Positions 1-12,159 of a stretch of 64,000 nt of DNA are shown here, one piece after another. Each line of letters starts with the position of its first letter. The stretch's first letter is position 1. Below the pieces are notes generated by a model that saw only the letters and a list, made by a program, of their open reading frames with translations, was not told the DNA's origin and ran no database searches. This DNA comes from Octopus vulgaris (taxonomy: Eukaryota). The translations under genes and the position numbers were made by a program. The DNA lies in the NCBI GenBank assembly GCA_951406725.2, contig OX597824.1:69502001-69566000 (forward strand), given 5' to 3'.

Positions 1-118
1 GTTCCGGGTTCAGTCCCACTGCGTGACACCTTGGGCAACTGTCTTCTACTATAGTATCGGGCCAACCAAAGCCTTGTGAGTGGATTTGGTTAGCGGAAAC
101 TGAAAGAAACCCGTCGTA
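1..118 (+). mobile_element. SINE family A (tRNA-derived), cut by window start
   Basis: GGTTCAGTCCC B-box-like head then GACACCTTGGGCAA..GTCTTCTACTATAG..CAAAGCCTTGTGAGTGGATTTGGT; the same sequence recurs many times in the window. Confidence 0.85.
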
Positions 119-130
119 TATATGTATATG

Positions 131-205
<75 letters not shown>

Positions 206-412
206 ATATACATTTATATATATTCATATGTATCTGCGCTAGCTTCATCTATATTTATCTCTCTATATATATTTGTATGTATATCTATATTTCCAGCTAC
301 TTATCTGTTTCCATATATCTATTTATTAATCTATCCATCCACTTATCTATCAATCCATCTCTCACTCCTTCTCTCTCTCTCTCTCCCTCTCTCTCTCTCT
401 CTATCTTTCTGT

Positions 413-457
<45 letters not shown>

Positions 458-579
458 TATATATATTCATATCTATCTGCCCTAGCTACATCTATATATA
501 TTTCTCTATTTATCTGTCTATCTATTTGTCTGGCTCTCAGTCTGTTTACATACATACATACAAATATATATATATATAT

Positions 580-956
580 GTCTTCTACTAAAGCCTCGGG
601 CCAACCAAAGCCTTGTGAGTAGATTTGGTAGACGGAAACTGTAAGAAGCGCGTCCTATGTATGTATTTATGTATTTATGTACGTATGTATGTATGTATGT
701 ATGTATGTATATATATATATATATATATAATGGTTTTTCCGTTTTCGTTTCTCGTTGAGTTCTACGTCTAGTTGTGGTGTCCTGTACTCACGTATATATA
801 TTTATATATGCATGTATATATACATGTAGATGTAGGTACGTACATATATGTTTGTATGTATGCATATATTTTATTTATTACACTATTGTTTGACAGCGCC
901 CTCGCGTCGGTTCGATTCGATTCGTTCGCTTCGTTCCGTTCTTATTCTCCCAGTAC

Positions 957-1020
<64 letters not shown>

Positions 1021-1228
1021 TTGTGTGTGTGTGTGTTTTCCCCCCCCAGCCCATCATCGCTTGACAATCGATGTTACTGTGTTTACGTCTCTGTAACTTA
1101 GTTCGGCAAAAGACATCGATAGAATAAGTACTAGGCTTACTGAATAAGTCCTGGGGTCGATTTGTCCTACTAAGGGCGGTGCTCCAGCATGGCCGCAGTC
1201 ATATGACTAAAAGAAATAAAAGAAAGAA
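580..1228 (+). mobile_element. SINE family A, split at its internal TA/TG microsatellite by an insert (about 730-960)
   Basis: Body at 580-657 and tail at about 1040-1228 (CATCGCTTGACAA..GATAGAATAAGTACTAGGCTTAC..GGCGGTGCTCCAGCATGGCCGCAGTC) match the other family A copies. Confidence 0.85.
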
Positions 1229-1451
1229 TATGTGTGCTTGTGCGTGTGTGTGTGCTTGTGTGTGTGTATGTATGTATGTATGTATGTATGTATGTATGTA
1301 TGTATGTATGTATGTATGTATGTATGTATGTATGTATGTATGTATGTATGTATGTATGTATGTATGCATGCATGTATGTATGTATGTATGTATTATGCAT
1401 GTATGTATGTATGTATGTATGTATGTATGTATGTATGTATGTATGTATGAA

Positions 1452-1675
1452 GCGCAGGTGTAGTTGTGCTTTAAGAAATTAGTTTCCCAACCGCATGGTA
1501 CTTGGACAAATGTCTTCCAAATTTGTCTGGGACCGACAAGAGCCTTGTTAGTGGATTTGGTAGGCGACACGGAAAGAACGTAGGCGTATATGTATGTGCA
1601 CGCGCGTGTGCGTGTTTGTCTGTGATCTCCCCACCACCACCGCTTGGCAACCGACGTTTGTACGTTTATGTAAGA
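1452..1675 (+). mobile_element. Decayed SINE family A
   Basis: GCGCAGG..TAAGAA..TTCCCAACCGCATGG..CTTGGACAAATGTCTTC..GCCTTGTTAGTGGATTTGGTAG. Confidence 0.7.
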
Positions 1676-2215
1676 CGTGAGGGTTCTGTCATTTTTATCT
1701 TATTTTATTTTCATTTGATTTCTTTTTATGTGCGAAATCAATAAATCTTATTTTCCGATTTTTACCAATGACGCTTACAGTGAATAAATTCACCACAAAA
1801 TATTTGTTCAAGAAGCCTGGAATCGCAAAAATCGATGATATGTCCAACCCAACGAATACGAAACAGGGTAAGATAAAGTTCTTATATCCAAACCTTCTCA
1901 GCACTTCTGTGTCAATTCAAATGATTTAAGTGATTTCTGGTGGAATCTTTCGATAATTTTTGTTTCTCATATGGCGTCCATGTATCAGGCAAGTAAGTAG
2001 AATTAAAGAATTGTAGCAAACATCACAAAAGCAAATATTGGTGGAAGTTACAAGTTCTAATCTGACCAAAGTCTGTTCACGCGTGTTCCGAACATTACTG
2101 AAAGCAGTTCAATCATCAAGTCGATGGCAGATTCTAACGATTTATCCTTGGAGACAAAACTACCAGGTTACACAAAAGAACCCATTACACCAAGTTTGGT
2201 CATTTCAACAAGTGT

Positions 2216-2246
<31 letters not shown>

Positions 2247-2925
2247 AACACACTCACACACATACGTGCATGCATGCATATATGTATATATCTATATCCA
2301 TATATGTATATATCTATATCCATATGTGTGCGTGTTCGTGTATGTGTGTGTGCGTGCGTTTGTGTGTGCGTGTGTATATGTATATAAATATATATATATA
2401 TATATATAAACATATATAAACCTAAATACACACACACATATACGTACATACATGCGTACATATGTATGTACGTAAATATATATGTATGGTTCCACATATA
2501 GCTTACCTGTGCCAGCTGTAAACATAACCATAGGTTCTTTCAAGCTTATCGCAAATCCAGAAGCACTACAAGAACTAGAAAACAAATGTCCATTATTTTA
2601 TTGAATATCTGGGTCAGTGTGAGCCACATCACATTCGTCAAGGAACAATAAATCCCTGGGCAGAACTATCAAGCTCTTTATTTTAGCTTTAAAGCGATAC
2701 GGATGGAATAGTTTTAGTCTTGTACGATAACGGAAAAATATATTCTATTTCACAGCATTGATTATTACTATTAATGCGCGGTGAGAAGGGAATAAATTTG
2801 ACGCAGGTATTAAAGGCTTCTGATTGACACCATTGTCACCCAAAATGTATGCACGTGCGTGTGCGTGTGTTTGCGTGTGAATGTGCGTGTGCGTCTGTAC
2901 ATATAAATATGTGTATGTGTATATC

Positions 2926-2965
<40 letters not shown>

Positions 2966-3052
2966 CAAACCAGGTGATATCAGAATGTTCCCAGACTAGT
3001 TATATGCACGGACATCAAACCATATATATATATATATGTTTTTTATGTACGC

Positions 3053-3105
<53 letters not shown>

Positions 3106-3204
3106 CTCGTATACTTATATATATATACATATATAACATAAATATAATATATCAAAGTATGTATATGATTGATAACGTAATATATAATATATGTAATTAT
3201 ATAT

Positions 3205-3269
3205 ATACGTGTATGTATGTACATGCATGTATGCCTGTATTTATGTATGTATGTATGTATATATGTATG

Positions 3270-3303
<34 letters not shown>

Positions 3304-3517
3304 TGTACGTATGTATGTATGTATGTATATATGTATGTATGTATGTATGCATGCATGTATGTATGTATGTATGTATGTATGTATGTATGTATGTATGTAT
3401 GTATGTATGTATGTATGTATGTATGTATGTATGTATGTATGTATGTATGTATGTATGTATGTGTCTATGTAAGCATGTATGTATGTTTGTATGTATGTAT
3501 GTATGTATGTATGTATG
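3205..3517. repeat. (TATG)n microsatellite (similar tracts at 1266-1449, 9392-9511, 9955-10045, 18408-18545)
   Basis: Directly visible. Confidence 0.95.
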
Positions 3518-3846
3518 TTAGTGTGATAAGCATAGTTGTTATAACATTGGACAGAATGCCTCAACGGCATTTGTCCTGATGCTCTGCGCTTTGATTTCAA
3601 TTTCTGCTCAAGTAACGTTTTCCTTTTGCTACTTTTCATTGTCAATAAATGAACTACAAGTTCTGCAGTAGGCAGAGATCCCTAGTGACTTCTTTTGCAG
3701 GCCCTTGCTTTCTGACGGCACTGTTGCCTTTCGCTTGAACAACACTATAAGGGCACCGAGTTGAGAGGTTTGAGTGCTTGCTCAGTTGCTGGTCTTCCAT
3801 GTAACTAACCTTGTCCAGGCATGCTTAATATCGATTACTTTTATCC

Positions 3847-4165
3847 ATGGCGGAGATCAGGTTAGTGTTAAGCAGAAGATGCAAACGTAAAGTATTTCTT
3901 AATGGCTTTTTATACGTTAGCGACCAAGAAGACTGTAAACAATCTCATATATTGGAAATGTGACAGTTATTCAACATGTAATAGTCGAATGTATACTGAC
4001 GGAAATGACATTCAAAACCAATCGACCGACTGCGATCACGCACCATGTCCAGAATGCAGCGAAGCGGAAAAGGCAATATGTAGAGTGTATAGAGAAAACG
4101 CTGCAAACTCAGATGAACAGCTATCAGCTATCATCCGACGTATCACACAGAATTTTCTACTTGGA
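3847..4165 (+). pseudogene. Mutator-like (MULE) transposase N-terminal remnant with FLYWCH zinc finger
   Basis: ATG at 3847 gives MAEIRLVLSRRCKRKVFLNGFLY; after a frameshift ..NNLIYWKCDSYSTCNSRMYTDG..DHAP. The F/Y..YW.C..C..H pattern is typical of FLYWCH domains in MULE transposases. Confidence 0.7.
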
Positions 4166-4379
4166 CAAATGGGTGCTGAAAAGTTCCTGGCTTTGAGGAA
4201 AATAAAATAAAAAGGATCAGTAAATTATGATTTTATACAACATACCCCCCACCCAGATTCACACTCATTGCTGCGGTCCTTCAGTTTTTCAAAGTCCTTT
4301 AAGAGGACTAGGAAGGTTAGGCCTTCAGCCAGGCCTTTCGCAATACCCTTAAAGCCAGGAACTTCTCAGCAACCCTCGT
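4166..4379. mobile_element. Mariner-type MITE (about 210 bp)
   Basis: Terminal inverted repeats GGGTGCTGAAAAGTTCCTGGCTTT / AAAGCCAGGAACTTCTCAGCAACCC; sister copies at 12775-12923 and 62829-63043. Confidence 0.8.
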
Positions 4380-4636
4380 GTGCGTGTACAGGGAGTCCAG
4401 AAATGACCTTTACAATTCGAAAAATTCAGACAAAATGAAAAATATAAGGATATCTCAACACAGTTTATTGGAGAACAGGCGGACAAATAAAGTTTTATTA
4501 CAACACGTCTACGCGGTTGCAAAGTAATTGACTGATGGATCTCAACTTTGAAAGATACAATAAATTGTGGTTGTTGTAAAGATAATTTATGAACACCGAT
4601 GTCCATGTCTGTCTGTCTCTCTCTCTCTCATTTTAT

Positions 4637-4689
<53 letters not shown>

Positions 4690-4704
4690 TATATATAAAT
4701 ACAT

Positions 4705-4755
<51 letters not shown>

Positions 4756-4790
4756 ATATTTATATATATATATACATATATACATATATA

Positions 4791-5043
4791 CTGATGAAGA
4801 GCAATGACACTGAAACTAGTCTCTGAATGCTGGCTTTGCTGGGTGGAGGTGCTTATCTCCCTGTTTGAAAACTTAAGAACACAGAACGCTTGTGTTAAAT
4901 AGCCAACTGAAAACGCTGTTTTCTGGGGTTAAATAACAGTAGCATTCTTCCCATTCCTGGGACTGCCACATTAAGTTGGCAACAGACCATCACTTTATCG
5001 TGCTGCTACTGTATACGTCTCTCTGAGAGATTTAGAAATGCAA
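4791..5043 (+). mobile_element. (TA)n-embedded short PLE-like element starting with a minimal hammerhead-like motif
   Basis: CTGATGA-AGAG-CAATGA-CACT-GAAAC-TA-GTC at 4791-4821, flanked by TA tracts; aligns by eye with 56792-57021 and 60470-60557. Confidence 0.6.
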
Positions 5044-5089
5044 TATATATATATATATATATATATAGATATAGATATATATATATATA

Positions 5090-5500
5090 GCAATAAGAAA
5101 ATGGAGGGAATCAATAGGTGGTTCATCAAATTTAGACATTATATAATGTTAACTTATTTATTTATTTACTAAACTGATAATTACAATAATATACATACAT
5201 GTATATCATATTATGCTTTACATATAAGATATGAAATATATTAATATATAAGGATATCAGTAATTATTATAAAATAACATACATGAATATAAATTGGGAA
5301 AATAACTTACAGCTGTTTCAGCCAAGAGGTAAAAATACCTCATTATACCTAAAACTCTTGGTTTAGTCATTATTATTGTTTGTAATACATCTGTAGCCGC
5401 TATTTACGATGAAATCCTTCGAGCTATCATAAAACACAAGGGCTGTATTTCGCCTAAGTCTGTACTCACTGTATCTGAAGTAGATTTATTCAAATTCTAT
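5090..5500 (-). mobile_element. (TA)n-adjacent probable PLE terminal fragment
   Basis: Starts at a TA tract; the minus strand reads GAAAC-AGCT-GTA (hammerhead stem III-like palindrome) near 5308-5319; no CTGANGA partner found. Confidence 0.35.
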
Positions 5501-5842
5501 ATGTTAAACGAGTTCTAATGTTGTTGTCTCTGCTCACTGTTGTATTGTATAAATTTCTATTGCATGAAAGAATTTGCGCTTACATACACAGACACACGCA
5601 TGCACACACACAGACACACACACACACACACAAACACACACGCGCGCGCGCGCACACACACACACATAGAGGAAGTGCAGGAGCAGCTGTAGCCTATTGA
5701 GCTGAATATAGTAAATATTTCCTGCCGACGCTGAGTGGCAGGATTTGAATTTAGTCATTAATTACTGTTCAGCGTGTTAACATCTGTACCACCCTTACAA
5801 GCCTGATATTAACACCACAATAAGTTCTAAGATATTAATAAC

Positions 5843-5908
<66 letters not shown>

Positions 5909-6590
5909 TAATAATAATAATAATGGACGGGGTTAACAATTTTAAGAAATAGGGGTTAATTTTATGATTATATAGTGTGTGTTTTAAGTTTGTTTGTTTT
6001 CAAAATAACCAAGAATTGAAATTAAGCAAGATTTCTTATTACATATTTGAGAGGACTAATACAGTTCCTTGATTAATTGATATTAATCCTTTTTATGCAA
6101 CATCTTGCAAAAGCTAATTAGTTTTATAAATGTTTCTCCAGTACAGCATAATAAGTGAAGTTTTCTTCCCAACCACATGTTTCCGAGTTCAATCCCTCTA
6201 CATGTTGGACAAGTGTCTTCTACTATATTCATCTGAGTGGAATTGGTAATGTGCTCTGTATAAAAAAAGAATTCCAGGTATTTTTGTTTTATTTTGGACA
6301 ATCTTGTTATCGCAAATTTCAAACGCTATTATTACTGAAGTGATACACTGAAATCTTGGAATATACTTTTCTATTAAATATTCCCGTTGATATAACTCCA
6401 TGAATTCAAGCAGTTGTTGGAATTGTGGAGGTGGGCGAAGCTGACCAAGTAACTGAGTCTTTCACAGTCTGTTTTGTAACATACATATGCACCGACTCTG
6501 AAGGATGAGGAAAACTTCAGGAACCAAGATTTCCAATACAATGTTTGGATATATACGTTTGTGTGCAAAACCTATAACTATATTCTAATA

Positions 6591-7374
6591 CAATAGTTCT
6601 CAACTATTTTTTATCTGTGGACTTCTTTCATACCTATTTTATTCTGATGGATCCCATATCCATTCGATGCTTAAAATCTAAATTTATAGATACTTCTATC
6701 AAAATCTCTTCTTTGTTTTTCACACATTAATTTGTGTAGGTTTGCACAAACATTTTCAGAGAGAGATATATTTCAGAGACCAGAAGCATATTAAGCTCTG
6801 TATAAGTTTACAGTAACCTTACTGTTTCTTGAAATAAGTACATCCTAATCGTGGAGGCGCAATGGCCCAGTGGTTAGGGCAGCGGACTCGCGGTTATAGG
6901 ATCGCGGTTTCGATTCCCAGACCGGGTGTTGTGAGTGTTTATTGAGCGAAAACACCTAAAGCTTCACGAGGCTCCGGCAGGGGATGGTGGTGATCCCTGT
7001 TGTACTCTTTCACCACAAATTTCTCTCACTCTTACTTCCTGTTTCTGTTGTACCTGTATTTCAAGGGGCCGGCCTTGTCACTCTCTGTGTCACGCTGAAT
7101 ATCCCCGAGAACTACGTTAAGGGTACAAGTGTCTGTGGAGTGCTCAGCCACTTACACGTTAATTTCACGAGCAGGTTGTTCCGTTGATTCGGATCAACCG
7201 GAACCCTCGTCGTCGTAACCGACGAAGTATCCCCCCCCCCCACATCCTAATCAAAATTTTCATGGACCCTTAAAATACTGCTATGGATGCCCAGTTTACT
7301 ATTCTGCTTGCATGGAGACACAAAACTTTTATATAGACTCCTAGAGGTCGTATGGATACGGCTGAGAACCTATG
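6591..7374. mobile_element. hAT (Charlie/MER5-like) non-autonomous element carrying a nested SINE
   Basis: Ends CAATAGTTCTCAAC / GGCTGAGAACCTATG; 8-bp TSD-like TTCTAATA / TTTTAATA; homologous to 36417-37409. Confidence 0.65.
6853..7241 (+). mobile_element. Young full-length SINE family B
   Basis: tRNA-like head with A box TGGCCCAGTGG and B box GGTTTCGATTCC; 11-bp TSD ACATCCTAATC at 6840-6850 and 7242-7252; near-identical to 35988-36372. Confidence 0.92.
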
Positions 7375-7911
7375 TTTTAATAGATACAGTTAACGGTTTG
7401 CACAACACATTTTAGAAATCGTGTAGCCATCACTCAATTTATATATCGTGGGGAAAAAAAATTAAACGCAAGCAAGATACAAATAAGGTGATTATTGAGA
7501 AAGTGGCTGGTGGTATTGTTGTACCACCCAAAACACAAAACGAAAAATAAAACAAAAGACATTACGATACTGTGAGCAAACGACGAAATAACATAGTAAC
7601 TAGATATTGTACTGATAGCGATCGTCTAATTAATTAACTGTTATCTGTAGTAATTAACTTATAGAACTGGAACAGGTAAAAGTAATCAATTATGAAACTT
7701 ATGAAATTGATACCCATGTATGTATGACAAGCAGACATATATGTCGTTCTTGGTGTTGTTGCTTTTGTTGTTTGGGCGTGGTGGGTATTCTGGTATAATT
7801 GTAAATATAAAATCATTCGATGAAAAGTCGTTTCCTTGAAAAATTGTTCGATGAAGAAGAGTCTAACACAGACCAACACACATTCAAACACATGCACACG
7901 CATCACACGTG

Positions 7912-7963
<52 letters not shown>

Positions 7964-7968
<5 letters not shown>

Positions 7969-8181
7969 ATATAATAGGGAATAAATCCAAACTTACAGGG
8001 AAAAATCAGATTTAGGATTGAATCCAATTTTATAGTAAAATATTATATTATATAATCATTATCTTTTATTAATCTTTTAATACTTTTGTTATATATTTAA
8101 AATAATATAAATTAATTAATTTTATGTATTGGCTTAAATTTTTCATTGTTTGATTTGCCTAATAGTGGTTTTATCTCTAAT

Positions 8182-8186
<5 letters not shown>
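7964..8186. mobile_element. AT-rich insert between two pure (TA)n tracts (probable PLE end)
   Basis: Unique-looking block bounded on both sides by TA tracts, like the other TA-embedded inserts. Confidence 0.35.
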
Positions 8187-8252
<66 letters not shown>

Positions 8253-8257
<5 letters not shown>

Positions 8258-8618
8258 ACAAAGTGTACGTACGCCGCTATATGTTTTATATATAGAAAAT
8301 ACAAAAGAGGGACAAGAACGCAAAACATCCAGATAGACGATACAAAGAAGAAAACAAGGACGGGTCATTCGGAGTCTTCTTTCTTCAGTCGAGTTCCAGA
8401 TTATCTTTCCAATTTCGGCTCATTATACTCGAGATTTTTCCAATCTGGCCAACCCCAAGGAAAAACAAAGCTAACATAATTAGATTCCTTGGAAAAAAGC
8501 AGCGAATGTAAACGAAAATAAGGACAGAAAAAAAACGGAGAAATGGTACACAAATACAAATAAGAGGACATTAACAACGGGTGTCTTTCGACTAAGAACG
8601 AATTAAATTAAGCTGGCG

Positions 8619-8620
<2 letters not shown>
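8253..8620 (-). mobile_element. (TA)n-embedded insert with the conserved GCCGAAA...GACTGAAGA...GARTGACCCGT motif
   Basis: Motif at 8359-8420 on the minus strand, shared with 9184-9246 and 41360-41423; TA tracts on both sides. Confidence 0.6.
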
Positions 8621-8683
<63 letters not shown>

Positions 8684-8687
8684 TATA

Positions 8688-9323
8688 ACAAAGATGTATA
8701 TACCTCAGTTTATTACGGCTATTTAAGTTGGCTCCATTTAATTGATTAATGATAACATTATAACAATTTGACCGCATACACTTCAAACATAAAGGAGGAA
8801 CCATTCTGTTATTAAATGAAGCCGTTTGGAACGGCCGTAATGAATTGACTGCTGTACATCTTTGTTAATAATTTATATTCTATTCACCCAAATTGGAATC
8901 TGCAATTCGGAGATAATATAGCAAGCTCCTTTATAAATGGTACATGTCTGAATTACCAAGAGCGGACATCTTTACTTAGCTGGGTTGCATTGTCTACATG
9001 CACAACGGGAATATTGGGTACAAATACCCCAACACGAAGTCTTGATATTCAATATTCAAATAATACTGCTAGTGTGTGCAGATTATACCGAACTAGCAAG
9101 GTACCTCAATTTAAGTACCTAATTCAGCCGAATCTTAATTATATATATAGACAGATATCTTCAGCTAGCAGGCCTTTGCTAAACAGCCGAAATTACTAAG
9201 ATGATCCGGTTCCCGACTGAAGATTAGAGGCTTCGAGTGACCCGTCTGTTTTTTTGTGTCGTCTCTTTGTGTGTTTTTGCGTTCTTGTCCCACTTAGTAA
9301 TTTATATTTTATATTTAATTTCT

Positions 9324-9325
<2 letters not shown>
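8688..9325 (+). mobile_element. Composite (TA)n-embedded inserts (two probable PLE-type ends)
   Basis: Divergently oriented ATTAAATG(G/A)AGCC..GCCGTAA motifs at about 8712-8745 (-) and 8810-8840 (+); second motif family at 9184-9246. Confidence 0.5.
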
Positions 9326-9396
<71 letters not shown>

Positions 9397-9482
9397 CATA
9401 CATACATACATACATGCATGCATGCATGCATTCATACATACATACATACATACATACATACATACATACATACATACATACA

Positions 9483-9511
<29 letters not shown>

Positions 9512-9513
<2 letters not shown>

Positions 9514-10160
9514 GGAAGGATGACCCCCCCCCCAGGGACAAAGAAATAAGAACCCACATATAGTGGGTTCTTATTAGAAGAGAAACTGTGCCCAGTTGTG
9601 GAAATTAGCTGCCCAACGTATGGTAACATAAAACTGAAGATCAGTGAAAAAAGAGAATACCTACGCTGAACTATTGAGAGATCTGCAGTTACTCTATCCA
9701 GATTACAAGTTCAGGTTTATACCTGCAATTATTGGAGCCCTGGGATATGCAACATACTGCCTAAATACCAATCATGAGAAGTTAGGTTCTCAAAACCAGA
9801 AAAGAGAAAGCTAATTCGAAGACTACAGATCCAATCCATCACTGGAACTGTAAAAATCTGTAAAACTTTCCAGAAGTCTATTATTTAAATATATATGAGC
9901 ATGTCTAGATATGCAATTATATGAATGAGAATACATACATAAAACATACAAATCTACACATACATACTTAGATACATACATACATACATACATACATACA
10001 TACATACATACATACATACATACATACATACATACATACATACATAGAAACAAAAATACCCGGTTGTTGGTGTTGAAATTTCAATGAAGATCCTTGGATC
10101 TAGGTTAGAAATCGGCTCTTTCTCTATTGGCAAGACACCTTGAAATAAAACTGAATAACG
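9512..10160 (+). mobile_element. R4/Dong-like non-LTR retrotransposon 3' fragment (restriction-like endonuclease C-terminus plus 3' UTR) inside (CATA)n
   Basis: With frameshifts reads EEKLCPVVEISCP..NIKLKISEK..YAELLRDLQLLYPDYKFRFIPAIIGALG..LQIQSITGTVKICKTFQK; ends AAATAAAACTGAATAAC then CATA repeats. Confidence 0.75.
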
Positions 10161-10699
10161 ACATACATACATATATATATATATATACATACCTGCATAT
10201 ATACATACATACATACATACATGCATACATGCATACATACATACATACATACATATATACATGCATGCATGCAGGCATGCCAACATACATATATTCACAC
10301 ATATATACATACATACATGCATGCATACAGGCATACATATACACATACATATGTCACCTGATTACCTTATGGACCAGACTGTCGGATGTTTCTATACATC
10401 GCTTGTCACAGTGCGCTTTGCATCGTTTTAGCTTTTTGATGCCACTCCGCTGGCTTCGTCAGCAGACCAATATGCATGCATACATACGAAACTTTCATGC
10501 TGTTACGTTGCTTTTCTCCCCGGCTTTTATATATTAAGCTTTCACTTTTATGTAAATCTCTTCAAGCCGTTGTCTTCGTAGTACATATGGTTACCTAGCA
10601 ACCATCATTAACAAAACCACTACCACCAACTTTCACCTTCATCACAAAACGCCAGCACTCTCGTCGCGTCAACTATCACTAGCAACATCGATTATTATT

Positions 10700-10860
10700 A
10701 TCAATCTTCATCCTTATAATCATCATCATCGTCATCATCGTCGTCGTCGTCGTCGTCATTGCCGTGGTTGTCGTTGTTGTCGTCGGCGTAATTACAGCCA
10801 TCGTCATCGTATTTTTTTACCATCATTTCCATCATCGTCGTTATCATCATCATCATCATT

Positions 10861-10900
<40 letters not shown>

Positions 10901-11073
10901 ACATCATCATTGTCGTCGTTGTCATAATCATAATCATTAATGTCATCGTCGTCGCCGTCGTCATGATCCTCATAATCATCATAATCATCATAATCATCAT
11001 TATCATCATCATTGTCGTTATCGTCGTCGTCATCATCATCATCATCATTATTGTCGTTGTCTTCATCATCATT

Positions 11074-11117
<44 letters not shown>

Positions 11118-11345
11118 TATCATCATCATCATCATCATTGTCGTCGTCTTCGTCATCATCATCATTTACATCACCACTGTCATTCTCATCAACATCAAGG
11201 TCATTACTATTGTCGTCATTCTCCTCCCCATCATCATCATCCTCGTCGTTGTTGTAGTCGTCGTTGTCATCATTTTTGCCAGTATTGTGGTCATCTTCAT
11301 CATCAGCATCATCGTCATCTGCAGCAGCAGCAGCAGCAGCAGCAA
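10700..11345. repeat. Degenerate (CAT/CGT)n trinucleotide array
   Basis: Directly visible; source of the poly-D/M/I/S ORFs. Confidence 0.95.
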
Positions 11346-12128
11346 CAGGAACACCTACATTACATTGAATGACCTCAACTACCACAGTTAAATCACACCC
11401 ATCAATCCTTTTCGCTTCCATTACCATTGCAATACATTACGTATATCGCCCATCCTGTTGACGATTTAGGGCTCAACTGTCCCTTGCTGAAAACACGTAG
11501 TGAGGGCTGCCACATACTGAGACAGATATTTAGTGGACGTTTAGAAATAAGGTTTCCGGAAGATAAGATACACAATCCAGAAATTTTGTTAGATACTTCC
11601 ACCAAAGAATGAAAAGTATTTTTTTTTAAACAAGAAATAAAATACAACAGGAAAAAGAGAATCGGGAAAAAGGAAAGTAAAAGACATCATGAGATTTAGC
11701 GGGATTATTCGTGATAACGCGAGATTACTTCTGATGTGTTTTTAATTGATGTTTTGAAGCCTCTTACATATCTAATATCAAGATATAGCTAATATCAACT
11801 GTTGGACAGTTGTCCAAATGTTCGTATTTACGCACACATATACATATATATATATGTATGTGTATGTGTATATATATGTATATATATTATATTATACTAT
11901 ATTATATATTACATGATCTAATTACATGCAGGTATTTATACATTTCTGTATATATTAATTTACTTATGTATATAAACATACAAACTTACATTCATAGATA
12001 TACACACATATTTCTATACCCTTAAAAGAAAGATTATATATATCGCACGCATATGTGAAATATTTTTGCATAAATATGCTATTATATATATACTCGTAAA
12101 TGATTACGTATTTCATACATATTCATAA

Positions 12129-12159
<31 letters not shown>

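Noticed and set aside
122-3645. ORFs of YI/CV/MYVC/HT repeats here and throughout the window
   Set aside because: Translations of TA, TG and TATG microsatellites, open in several frames on both strands
6853-6930. tRNA gene
   Set aside because: A and B boxes are present but continue into a SINE body with TSDs; same for the other heads
10701-11427. Poly-Asp/Met/Ile/Ser ORFs (also 23913-24518, 45895-46384, 58251-58841)
   Set aside because: CAT-triplet arrays with no unique coding flanks or splice support
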